Below the pieces are notes generated by a model. That model was not told the origin of the DNA and did no database searches. It saw only the letters and a program-made list of their open reading frames with translations. From positions 28,081-92,080 of the forward strand of contig JAUYTX010000009.1 in assembly GCA_030695025.1 (NCBI GenBank): DNA of 64,000 bases, given 5' to 3'. This DNA is from Bacteroidales bacterium (lineage in GTDB: Bacteria > Bacteroidota > Bacteroidia > Bacteroidales > UBA932). A program made the position numbers and the translations under genes. Position 1 is the stretch's first letter; each line of letters opens with the position of its first letter. Of this stretch, positions 49,892-59,175 are shown one piece after another.

Positions 49892-49924
49892 TTATAAAGC
49901 CAATATTATCTTCAAAGTTACGCA

Positions 49925-50617
49925 TTAAATATCACTTTTGGAAGCTGGATTTGCAAACAGGGCAAAGTCTCCTTTACATGGATCACCGGGAAAAACCTCT
50001 TTTAAATAGTTTGTTATCTCCAATGCTGTTGTAATATCAGCACTCTTTCTTGCCGTAATTCCAAGATCAAGAGCTGTTCTGTGGACATGAACATCCAGGG
50101 GAATTATCAGATTGGCAGGATCTGTATTACGCCATAGGCCAAGATCAACAATATTGTCATTTCTTACCATCCATCTTCTGAACATGTGAATCTTTTTATT
50201 TGCCGCTTTTGGATCGGGTTTGCGGCCAAATATGCTTACTCTTATTTCATCAACGGAGAGTATTTCCAAAGTGCTCTCCTTGCTGTAAAACTCTTTAAGG
50301 TTAGCCATTATTTGGGAGATTTCGCACCATTTTATAGTTCTGTGAAGACTCGCCTGATCGCATCTGTAATTCGCATCCATTACATATTTAAGTGGTTGCC
50401 AATCCAACTCATCCATGAGCCTTTTACAATCTCTCACAATCATCTCCCTGCGCCCCCATGCCAAATGAGCACACAAAAGCGCAGAAATTTCTACATCCTG
50501 CAGAGATGCTTTCCCTTGAAGATAAAGCTCTTTAAAATGACGAGGATAAATCACAGGATCATTCCGGAAGTACTTTAGATCATTGTATTTGTCAGCTAGT
50601 TCCTGCAGGTTTATCAT
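49925..50617 (-). CDS. TIGR02757-family protein
   Basis: DPVIYP, LAWGRR, KKIHMFRRWMVR, IIPLDVHVHR and DPCKGDFALF motifs; TAAATTTG -7 element at 50637-50644. Confidence 0.85.
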   Translation of the reverse strand: MINLQELADKYNDLKYFRNDPVIYPRHFKELYLQGKASLQDVEISALLCAHLAWGRREMIVRDCKRLMDELDWQPLKYVMDANYRCDQASLHRTIKWCEISQIMANLKEFYSKESTLEILSVDEIRVSIFGRKPDPKAANKKIHMFRRWMVRNDNIVDLGLWRNTDPANLIIPLDVHVHRTALDLGITARKSADITTALEITNYLKEVFPGDPCKGDFALFANPASKSDI

Positions 50618-50838
50618 AAAGTAAAAAGGTAGAGTGCAAATTTAAGTTAACCTTCTGCCATTCGCAAAACCTATTCAAAAGTATTTTCCAGAGTTCATCT
50701 GCTTCATCCGCCAATTGCGTTGCAGGCACCTCAGCCGGAAGGAGCGAACAAGTGATCACGATCAAAAGATGGAGGACTTTTAAGTCTTTGCCTTAATATG
50801 TCTATATCAATGGCTTGCAAGCGTAGCAATTCAAAAAA

Positions 50839-51002
50839 CACTCAACTCAAAGGCAACATTTGTTTTCCGAGAATTTTCAGCGGCTACTTTTCGGGAACGA
50901 CGAGGACTGTTTGACGACCGCAGGGAGGAGTTCCGCAGTCGCCGAAAAGTACCAGGAAAATTTAAAGGGTACCCTAAAACAATCGGTTGCCGGAGTTGAG
51001 TG
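50839..51002. repeat. long interrupted inverted repeat; candidate structured ncRNA or MITE-like element
   Basis: Nested complementary pairs: 50839-48/50993-51002, 50852-57/50986-91, 50860-66/50976-82, 50872-78/50956-62, 50885-94/50942-51 and 50898-901/50938-41. Confidence 0.7.
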
Positions 51003-51070
51003 ATCAGTGATTGATCTGCAGTAACCTTAGTCTAAAGTACACTTTACATTTGAGCCAATATCCAGAAAAC

Positions 51071-51104
51071 AAAAAAACCACCTGAGAAATCAGATGGTTT
51101 TTTT
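51071..51104. terminator. bidirectional terminator downstream of rpmE2
   Basis: A-tract-ACCA-CTGA-GAAA-TCAG-TGGT-T-tract. Confidence 0.8.
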
Positions 51105-51123
51105 GAGTGTGTATATTTAAAAA

Positions 51124-51375
51124 TTACTTTTTAACATTCTTGTATCTGTTGATGAAGTTGTCAACGCGACCTGATGTATCTACCAGCTTCATCTTACCTG
51201 TGTAGAATGGGTGAGATGTGTTTGAAATCTCAAGCTTAATCAAAGGGTATTCAACACCTTCATGAGTAAGCGTCTCTCTTGTATTTGCACACGAACGTGT
51301 AATAAATACATGGTCGTTTGACATATCCTTGAAAGCTACAAGACGGTAGGTTTCGGGATGGATTCCTTTTTTCAT
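51124..51375 (-). CDS. rpmE2: 50S ribosomal protein L31 type B
   Basis: MKKGIHP, FKDMS, EISNTSHPFYTG and GRVDNF; no zinc-ribbon cysteines; TACTTTTG -7 element at 51405-51412. Confidence 0.95.
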   Translation of the reverse strand: MKKGIHPETYRLVAFKDMSNDHVFITRSCANTRETLTHEGVEYPLIKLEISNTSHPFYTGKMKLVDTSGRVDNFINRYKNVKK

Positions 51376-51447
51376 TACTTTAAAATTTAATTATTATGGG
51401 GTTGCAAAAGTACAAAATAAATATAACTATGCAAACATTTACATATA

Positions 51448-52200
51448 TTAATCTCTGTTTCCTGCAAACTTAGCCAGAAGTCTGAGGATTTCGAGGTAGA
51501 GCCAGATGATAGTCACCATAAGGCCAAAAGCCGCATACCACTCCATATATTTTGGAGCACCGGCAGCAGACGCCTTCTCAATAAAATTAAAATCGAGTAA
51601 AAGGCTAAATGCTGCAACAAACACAATTACAATGCTAATTCCAATACTTAACGGACCACTGTTGTGCAACATAGTCAAATTGACACCAAACAGCGACAGG
51701 ATAATGTTTATGAAGTAGTAGAAAGCAATTGCGCCCACTGCAATAATCATAATTCTTGTAAATTTGCCGTCAACCTTAATTATGCGGGAACGGTAAATCA
51801 ACAGCATTACCATTGCTGTTATAATGGTAAGCAGGGTAGCATTCATTACTATTCCGGGTGCACTCTCAGCAAATGCCTGATTAAACATTGCAGAAATTGC
51901 CCCAAGGAAGAGGCCCTGCAAGAGAGCATAAAGAGGAGCAAGATACTGCGCCAGGTTTGGTTTGAAGCTTATTATTATTGCTGTAATAAATCCTCCGATA
52001 GCACCGCCCCACATCCATGGGTTAACCGATGCCGGATTGATTGCCTCGTAAAATACCTTCCATGTGTAAGAGGCTCCAGCGAGCACCATAAGAACTAATA
52101 CAAGAGATTTGACTGCAGTTCCACCTATCGTCATAACTCCACTTGCGTGATCTGCAGATGCTTCTTTGAAAATTTTTTCTGTTAAAACCGGATTTGCCAT
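51448..52200 (-). CDS. Bax inhibitor-1/YccA family membrane protein
   Basis: Seven hydrophobic segments; MTIGGT, LLLDF and EWYAAFGLMVTIIWLYLEILRLL. Confidence 0.9.
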   Translation of the reverse strand: MANPVLTEKIFKEASADHASGVMTIGGTAVKSLVLVLMVLAGASYTWKVFYEAINPASVNPWMWGGAIGGFITAIIISFKPNLAQYLAPLYALLQGLFLGAISAMFNQAFAESAPGIVMNATLLTIITAMVMLLIYRSRIIKVDGKFTRIMIIAVGAIAFYYFINIILSLFGVNLTMLHNSGPLSIGISIVIVFVAAFSLLLDFNFIEKASAAGAPKYMEWYAAFGLMVTIIWLYLEILRLLAKFAGNRD

Positions 52201-52227
52201 TTTAAACTTAATGTTTTATAATTCACA

Positions 52228-53454
52228 CTATTTACTTCTGAACAGCTGCTCTTCGTAAAGCATAAATTTCTTTGCTTTTCTGATCCACTTCTGCTCTTCT
52301 ATCTTCATATGTTCTCTGGCCTCTTCCCACGAATTGTTGCCATTTACATAGTCTAAAAGAACCTGATCACCAAGTAGAAGTTCAATTGCTGTTCTATCGT
52401 TCCCTGCCTCATATTTTCCCTCTCTGAAAGAGAATTCGGGGCAGTTTTCACGAACGAAATTGATTATGCGCAAATTGTGTGCCAGTGCGTGGTATTGAAC
52501 ACCAGGTACCGGGTGGAGCTGAAATCCAAAGCAAACTTCGCCGGCATATTTATGAAATACAGGAATGTATTTTGTCCATCTTACAAAAACAGCAGGGTCG
52601 TGAATAGGGTGTTCCGGAATGTTCCAGTTAGAGTAATTATTTGACTGATTGTATTTTGTAAGAGTCTCCATAAAAGGAGCTCCAAATATTTCGAACGGCC
52701 TGGTGGTACCTCTTCCTTCACTAACATTAGTGCCTTCCCAGAGACATTGTCCACTGTAAAAATGGCAGGTGAACAGCCCCGGTATATTTGGTGATGGGGA
52801 GATACTCCAAGGTAGCATCTCTCTGGAAATTGACTGAGCAGAGTATGAGATAATATGAAGAGGAAATTTTGCGTTTAACTCATTATATAATAGATGTGCA
52901 ACCTCTCCTATGGTCAGACCATGTCTGTGAAGAATGCCCTCTATTCCGATAAAGGATTCATACTCTTTTCTAAGCATTGTCCCCTCAACCTGCCTTCCTG
53001 CCGGGTTAATACGGTCAATCAAATATACAGGCAGATTAATATTCTCTTTTTTTAAGGTTTTAAAAAGATTAAGGATAGTAGTATTGAATGTGTAATATCT
53101 TGAACCAACATCCTGTAGCTCTATAATTAGGGCATCAATATCTGTCAGTTTATCAGCCCTGGCACTGAGTGAATCTTCACCTGTTCCGTACAGTGATACA
53201 AATTCACAACCTTCCATTCCCAGGTTTTTGTAGGCATCGGTTTTATCTAATTTGACCTGATCCTGAAGTTCGCCGAAAAGGCCGTGCTCGGGCATGAAAA
53301 CCCTTTTCAGAAGCCCCTTCTTGTATAGTGTTTCGAATAGATACTCTCCGTATTCGGGATGCCAGGCTGCCTGATTGCATAACAGCCCTAGTTTACCTCC
53401 TTTCAGTACCAGATCTGGTTGTTCCAGTAACGGGGTTGTTCTGAATGAAAACAT
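52228..53454 (-). CDS. namZ: exo-beta-N-acetylmuramidase NamZ-like (DUF1343) protein
   Basis: FMPEHGL, SLYG, LQDVGSRYYT, DRINP, HGLTIGE, PSPN and SEGRGTTRPFE motifs. Confidence 0.85.
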   Translation of the reverse strand: MFSFRTTPLLEQPDLVLKGGKLGLLCNQAAWHPEYGEYLFETLYKKGLLKRVFMPEHGLFGELQDQVKLDKTDAYKNLGMEGCEFVSLYGTGEDSLSARADKLTDIDALIIELQDVGSRYYTFNTTILNLFKTLKKENINLPVYLIDRINPAGRQVEGTMLRKEYESFIGIEGILHRHGLTIGEVAHLLYNELNAKFPLHIISYSAQSISREMLPWSISPSPNIPGLFTCHFYSGQCLWEGTNVSEGRGTTRPFEIFGAPFMETLTKYNQSNNYSNWNIPEHPIHDPAVFVRWTKYIPVFHKYAGEVCFGFQLHPVPGVQYHALAHNLRIINFVRENCPEFSFREGKYEAGNDRTAIELLLGDQVLLDYVNGNNSWEEAREHMKIEEQKWIRKAKKFMLYEEQLFRSK

Positions 53455-53455
53455 A

Positions 53456-54844
53456 TTATATCGTTTTATTTATCTGGTCAATAATCTTTTGTGCAATATC
53501 TTCTGCCATTTGTTCAGTAAGAGCTTCTGAATATACTCTGACTATTGGTTCGGTGTTTGACCTTCTCAAATGAACCCACATTTTTTCCTCTTCAAAGTCA
53601 ATTTTAACACCATCTGTAATGTCGATTTTGCAGTTCGAGTAAATGCTTTTGATCGCTTCAAATATTTTATCAATATCGGCAGTTGTGGGGATTTCCACTC
53701 TCTTTTTTGACATAAAGTAGGCAGGGTATTTGGCTTTAAGCTCCGTCATTGTTACCCTCTCCCTGGCAAGATGGCTAAGAAATAGTGCAATGCCAATCAA
53801 GGCGTCCCTTCCGTAATGTAAATCGGGAACAATAACTCCGCCATTGCCCTCTCCTCCGATAACAGCACCAACGCGTTTCATCTCAGCAACAACATTAACC
53901 TCACCGACAGCAGAGGGGAAATGCTTTTCTCCTGCCATTTCAGTTATATCTCTCAAGGCTCTTGTTGAAGAGAGGTTTGAGACGGTTGGTCCTTTTGTTG
54001 CGCTCAGTACATAATCTGCAACTGCAACAAGAGTGTACTCTTCTCCAAATGTGTTACCATCTTCACTGATAAGGGCAAGCCTGTCAACATCCGGGTCCAC
54101 AGCAATGCCCAAATCTGCATTCTCCTTTACAACAGCAGCAGAAAGCTCTGTAAGGTGTTCCGGAAGAGGTTCGGGATTGTGAGGAAACCTTCCGTTAGGT
54201 TCGCAGTTTATCTTAATTACATTAACCCCAAGCGCTTCAAGAAGAGCCGGCATTATTATTCCTCCAACTGAGTTTACAGCGTCAAGAACAACTTTAAATC
54301 CCTCTCTGTAAATAGCCTCTGTGTCAACCAAAGGGTGTGATAGTACCGCCTGAATATGTTGAGAAGTAAACTCCTTTTTACTAATTATTCCCAGTTTATC
54401 TACATCAACGTATCCATATACCCCTTGTTCAATCAGGGATAGAAGTGCCTCTCCATCCAAAGCGTTTAAGAATTCTCCTTTACTGTTCAAGAGCTTAAGT
54501 GCGTTCCACTCTTTTGGATTATGTGAAGCGGTAAGAATTATTCCTCCATCTGCCTTTTCAAAGACAACAGCCATCTCTACAGTTGGCGTTGAAGCCAGAC
54601 CTGCGTTAACGACATCAATACCGCATGACATTAATGTTCCGCAAACAATGCTCTCTGCCATCTCTCCCGAAATCCTTGCATCCCTGCCAACTACTACTTT
54701 ATACCTGCTTTTAGGACCTGATGCGTTTTTTATCAGGGTTGCATATGCAGAGGTAAATTTGACAATATCCAGCGGGGTAAATGAGCTGCCTGCCTCTCCT
54801 CCGATAGTACCTCTAATTCCCGATATAGATTTGATAAGTGTCAT
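53456..54844 (-). CDS. glmM: phosphoglucosamine mutase
   Basis: SISGIRG, GRDAR, TASHNP, DPDVDR, GEGNGG and RRSNTEP motifs. Confidence 0.9.
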   Translation of the reverse strand: MTLIKSISGIRGTIGGEAGSSFTPLDIVKFTSAYATLIKNASGPKSRYKVVVGRDARISGEMAESIVCGTLMSCGIDVVNAGLASTPTVEMAVVFEKADGGIILTASHNPKEWNALKLLNSKGEFLNALDGEALLSLIEQGVYGYVDVDKLGIISKKEFTSQHIQAVLSHPLVDTEAIYREGFKVVLDAVNSVGGIIMPALLEALGVNVIKINCEPNGRFPHNPEPLPEHLTELSAAVVKENADLGIAVDPDVDRLALISEDGNTFGEEYTLVAVADYVLSATKGPTVSNLSSTRALRDITEMAGEKHFPSAVGEVNVVAEMKRVGAVIGGEGNGGVIVPDLHYGRDALIGIALFLSHLARERVTMTELKAKYPAYFMSKKRVEIPTTADIDKIFEAIKSIYSNCKIDITDGVKIDFEEEKMWVHLRRSNTEPIVRVYSEALTEQMAEDIAQKIIDQINKTI

Positions 54845-54884
54845 GATATTAGTCTGTTATGAATTAGATTCAATAATAAAATAA

Positions 54885-54918
54885 GGGTGTTAAGGTACGA
54901 AATTTAACCCTAACACCC
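54885..54918 (-). terminator. probable terminator of the V-ATPase operon
   Basis: GGGTGTTAAGGT ... ACCCTAACACCC near-perfect stem, with a T-rich tail on the minus strand. Confidence 0.6.
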
Positions 54919-54939
54919 AATCTTTTATTGCAATTTTAC

Positions 54940-55416
<477 letters not shown>

Positions 55417-55432
55417 TTAGTTTATAATCTTA

Positions 55433-57247
55433 TTATTCTTTTTCTTTTACAAGTGGTCTGAATGCCCTTCCTCCTCCGGAGAAACTTGCATTTTTATAAA
55501 ATTCAACAAATGTCAGACGCATCGGGTGTACAAATGCTCCTAGACTGGACAGAGCAAGAACTGCAATATGCCCAATTAGTAACATAATTCCGGCAAATAA
55601 CCATCCAAGGTATGGAATACCAACCATGCTCATTGCTACTGAGTTAACTACCATTCCAAGAATTGCACCTGCAGTACCGAGTCCGAAGAGTCTGATATAA
55701 GACAACATATCTCCGAATATAGAGGTTATGTCGTAAAATGCCAAACCTCCTTTTGCAAGCCTTACAAAAATATTTCCCTTCACAGCAGAGAAGAAAAGTA
55801 TAAGTAGTGCCCCTGCTATTGCTATATAATTTGCAAAGGCGGGAACGACAAGCTCAGGAACCATTGTGGAGGCATATTTCAAAGCAGCCCAGATTATTAC
55901 AATTGACCATCCAATATTATGCATTCCATATTGCCACCCGCTCTTAATAATAGCCGTAACAGCATTTAACATGCGGGCAAATACAATCTGAACCAATCCG
56001 AAAATAATTGCAAACCAGAACATTTTGAGATCGGAGAAGAAAAGTTCATTAACAGAAACAGGTAGATGAAAAATATCCTGAAGCTTGGCACCAAAAATAA
56101 CTCCCGGCAAAAGAGCCATAAGTACTGCACCGAGACCCAAAAACTGAACAAGAGTAAGGTAACTCCTGAATTTTGGAAACTTCAGCTTAGCCAATCCTGC
56201 ACCAATCAACAAAACAAGACCATAACCCATGTCACCAAGGCATAATCCAAAAAATAGCATGTAGAATGGAGCAAAATAGGGAGTAAGGTCAGTTTCGCCA
56301 TATTTAGGCAGCATATATAAATCTCCTATCGGTTCATACAGTCTTGAAAAGAAGCCGTTCTTCAGTTTAATAGGAGGGTTGTCCTCTTTCACAGCATCTT
56401 CGGTCAGATAATATATCTGCTCATTATCAAGAAAGGCACGAACGACATCTTTGTTATCAGAAGGGGCGAAGCCTGTCAAAACAGCAATTGTATCCTCTGC
56501 CTCTTTTAGAGAAGCTGCACCGGCAAGATATAGATCCAGATCGCTGCCAACTTTTTTGGCTTCTCTCTCAAGCCTTTCAATCTCCCCGGTAAGGCTGTTA
56601 ATCAGAGTGTTGTTTTGTTCTGTCCTGAATTTCAGTTCGGCAATTTTCTCCTCAACAATGTCAAAAGACCTTGATGGTTGTTTGCTTTCTGGTATCTCAA
56701 ATTGAAACTCTTCATCCTTATGAGACAGTATAATAAAGTAAATTTTACCGTTTATCTCATTAAGTTTATGAATCGCATAATCTTGTTCCCATTGTGGTTT
56801 AAAACTCTTTTCTGAAACAGAGAAGAGATGTATTTTGTATCCTAAAGCTGCAATCTTATCCAAATCTTCTTTGTGGAGTACTCCCCAGACAGATGAATCA
56901 TACAGCTCTCTTCTTAGCTGTTCTCCCTCCTGTTCCCACTGCTCTTTATTTAAAAAGGAGAGTTCTGTTTTTTCAAGAAGTTCTAAATCAGAGAATTCAT
57001 TAAAATATGACTCCCCAGTTTTGTTAGCTGATAAATCATCTTCAGAAGATTCAGCTACGGTTGATTTTAGTTTTTTAATAATACGGTTATAACGAATGCT
57101 CAAATCAAAAAGCTCTTTTGAACGAGCATCTACAGCCTTATTATCTCTTGTAATATCAACCATTCCAAGTCCCTGGAGACTCTCCAGAAACGGGGCAAGA
57201 TCGGAGTGAAATACAATAAAGGAGTATTTGTCCATTTTTGTTATCAT
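55433..57247 (-). CDS. ntpI: V/A-type ATP synthase subunit I
   Basis: PPIKLKNG, FFGLCLGDMGYG, SYIRLFGLG and HPMRLTFVEF. Confidence 0.92.
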   Translation of the reverse strand: MITKMDKYSFIVFHSDLAPFLESLQGLGMVDITRDNKAVDARSKELFDLSIRYNRIIKKLKSTVAESSEDDLSANKTGESYFNEFSDLELLEKTELSFLNKEQWEQEGEQLRRELYDSSVWGVLHKEDLDKIAALGYKIHLFSVSEKSFKPQWEQDYAIHKLNEINGKIYFIILSHKDEEFQFEIPESKQPSRSFDIVEEKIAELKFRTEQNNTLINSLTGEIERLEREAKKVGSDLDLYLAGAASLKEAEDTIAVLTGFAPSDNKDVVRAFLDNEQIYYLTEDAVKEDNPPIKLKNGFFSRLYEPIGDLYMLPKYGETDLTPYFAPFYMLFFGLCLGDMGYGLVLLIGAGLAKLKFPKFRSYLTLVQFLGLGAVLMALLPGVIFGAKLQDIFHLPVSVNELFFSDLKMFWFAIIFGLVQIVFARMLNAVTAIIKSGWQYGMHNIGWSIVIIWAALKYASTMVPELVVPAFANYIAIAGALLILFFSAVKGNIFVRLAKGGLAFYDITSIFGDMLSYIRLFGLGTAGAILGMVVNSVAMSMVGIPYLGWLFAGIMLLIGHIAVLALSSLGAFVHPMRLTFVEFYKNASFSGGGRAFRPLVKEKE

Positions 57248-57843
57248 ACGCTGTCCTCCTCTTGTTTTCTTTTTTTAACGATTTTCTGTGAAGCTTTCGA
57301 GAGGTTCTCTTCATCTTCCATAAATCGTTTAATTTTAAGTATTGCCTCCTGATAACCAGGAATTTGAACTTTTTCGTAAAGGTTTACCTTTTGGGTGGTC
57401 TTCTTTCTTGCATAGTCAAGAAGCCTCATTTTTTCAAGGTAAATTTCAGATTCAATTCCAAGCTGAGCCAGGGTTTTCAGAATATTTATTCCATCGTTGT
57501 ACCAAAGTGGCTTTTTAAAGAGATTAAATGGTTTAACCTCATATTTTACCTCTTTGAGTGATGGGGTTCTTATTCCGGCAATTTTAATAATCTCCAACTC
57601 TACATCAAGAACTTTAATAAGCCCGCCTTCAAACTCGTTCCATAATCCGGCCAGGTAATCATAAGAGTCAAGAGCAGATTTTAGTTTCTCTGCCAGTTCA
57701 TCTGAGCGATCCTTTGCACGCTTAACCTCCAGACGAAGTGCTGACTCTTTATTCTTGAGTGTAGGCAAGGCATTTACTCTGATCTTAAGCTGCTTGTTAA
57801 GGTCATTGAGCGATGTCTTATTAAACTGGAATTTTATTGCCAT
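57244..57843 (-). CDS. ntpD: V/A-type ATP synthase subunit D
   Basis: LPTLKNKESAL and KTTQKVNLYEKVQIPG; position in the operon. Confidence 0.92.
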   Translation of the reverse strand: MAIKFQFNKTSLNDLNKQLKIRVNALPTLKNKESALRLEVKRAKDRSDELAEKLKSALDSYDYLAGLWNEFEGGLIKVLDVELEIIKIAGIRTPSLKEVKYEVKPFNLFKKPLWYNDGINILKTLAQLGIESEIYLEKMRLLDYARKKTTQKVNLYEKVQIPGYQEAILKIKRFMEDEENLSKASQKIVKKRKQEEDSV

Positions 57844-57855
57844 ACTCTAATATTA

Positions 57856-59175
57856 TCAGTTTTTCCAGTATTTTTCGGTAATGTCACCTTTGATACTAAC
57901 CTCTGTCTTTGTAAAATGTTTTCCAAACAGATCCCATGCAGTATCAAGCATCTGGGTTGTGTTGATATTCACCTCAATAGCCAGAAGTTTGTTTGAATAG
58001 TCTTTTGCAAACTCAAGACATCTGTGGTCATAGTCGCTGAGATCGAAACCGTTTTCCATTTTTGTTTTTGCATTCGCGGCATCAGCATACAACCTCACGG
58101 CAGCATTCATGACGTGATTATGATCTTCTCTTGTTTTTTTACCGATAACCAGCTGCTTAAGCCTTGAAAGAGAGCGGAATGGATCGACAATAACTTTTCC
58201 TGTGTCAGAGTCTGTTCTAAGGAAAAGCTGACCTTCTGTTATGTAGCCTGTGTTGTCAGGAATAGCATGGGTAATATCACCGCCGCTCAATGTTGTTACG
58301 GCAATAATTGTAATAGAACCTCCGTCCGGTAGTTGTACAGCCTTCTCATAAATCTTTGCAAGGTCTGAGTATAAAGAGCCTGGCATAGAGTCTTTTGATG
58401 GAATTTGGTCCATACGGTGACTTACAATACTCAGGGCATCTGCATACAGAGTCATATCTGTGAGCAGAACAAGGACCTTCTCGTTTTTATCTACTGCAAA
58501 ATATTCTGCTGCAGTAAGGGCCATGTCAGGAATAAGAAGCCTCTCAACAGGAGGTTGCTCTGTAGTGTTAACAAAGCTTATAATTTTGTTGAGTGCACCG
58601 GCGTTTTCAAATATCTGCTTGTAGTAAAGGTAGTCATCGTTAGTCAGACCCATACCGCCAAGAATAATCTTGTCAACATCGGCTCTAAGCGCTACCTGCG
58701 CCATAACTTGATTATATGGTTGATCTGGATCGGCAAAGAAAGGTATTTTCTGTCCCGAAACCAGTGTGTTGTTCAGGTCAATACCTGCAATACCGGTTGG
58801 AATAAGTTCAGATGGTTGCTTTCTTCTGTATGGATTAACAGAGGGGCCTCCGATAAATCTTTTCTCTCCGTCAACCGACGGGCCGTTATCAATTGGATCG
58901 CCGTAAGCGTTGAAAAAACGTCCTGCCAGATCTTCACTAACATTGAGAGTAGGGGGTTCTCCGAAAAATACAACCTCTGCGTTTGTGGGAATGCCATCAG
59001 TGCCCGCAAATACCTGAAGAGTAACAAGATCTCTCTTTATCTTCACAACCTGGGCCAGTCTTCCACCGACTGTTGCGAGTTCTTCGTTTGTTATACCCTG
59101 AGCTCTCAGGGCAACCGTTGCCTTTGTTATTGACTCCAGTTGAGTATATATCTTCTGAAATGCTTTACTTGCCAT
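57856..59175 (-). CDS. ntpB: V/A-type ATP synthase subunit B
   Basis: TGIAGID, GQKIPFF, DMTLYADAL, GSLYSDLA, PDNTGYITEGQ and SLSRLK. Confidence 0.95.
   Translation of the reverse strand: MASKAFQKIYTQLESITKATVALRAQGITNEELATVGGRLAQVVKIKRDLVTLQVFAGTDGIPTNAEVVFFGEPPTLNVSEDLAGRFFNAYGDPIDNGPSVDGEKRFIGGPSVNPYRRKQPSELIPTGIAGIDLNNTLVSGQKIPFFADPDQPYNQVMAQVALRADVDKIILGGMGLTNDDYLYYKQIFENAGALNKIISFVNTTEQPPVERLLIPDMALTAAEYFAVDKNEKVLVLLTDMTLYADALSIVSHRMDQIPSKDSMPGSLYSDLAKIYEKAVQLPDGGSITIIAVTTLSGGDITHAIPDNTGYITEGQLFLRTDSDTGKVIVDPFRSLSRLKQLVIGKKTREDHNHVMNAAVRLYADAANAKTKMENGFDLSDYDHRCLEFAKDYSNKLLAIEVNINTTQMLDTAWDLFGKHFTKTEVSIKGDITEKYWKN

Noticed and set aside
51124-51375. Zinc-free L31 as a sign of a Zur-regulated paralogue
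   Set aside because: Type B L31 is the usual form in Bacteroidota, and I recognised no Zur-like box upstream.
58405-59133. 242-aa plus-strand ORF, and the many other 60-170 aa antisense or alternate-frame ORFs
   Set aside because: They lie wholly within well-supported genes (here ntpB) and show no recognisable motifs or independent promoters.
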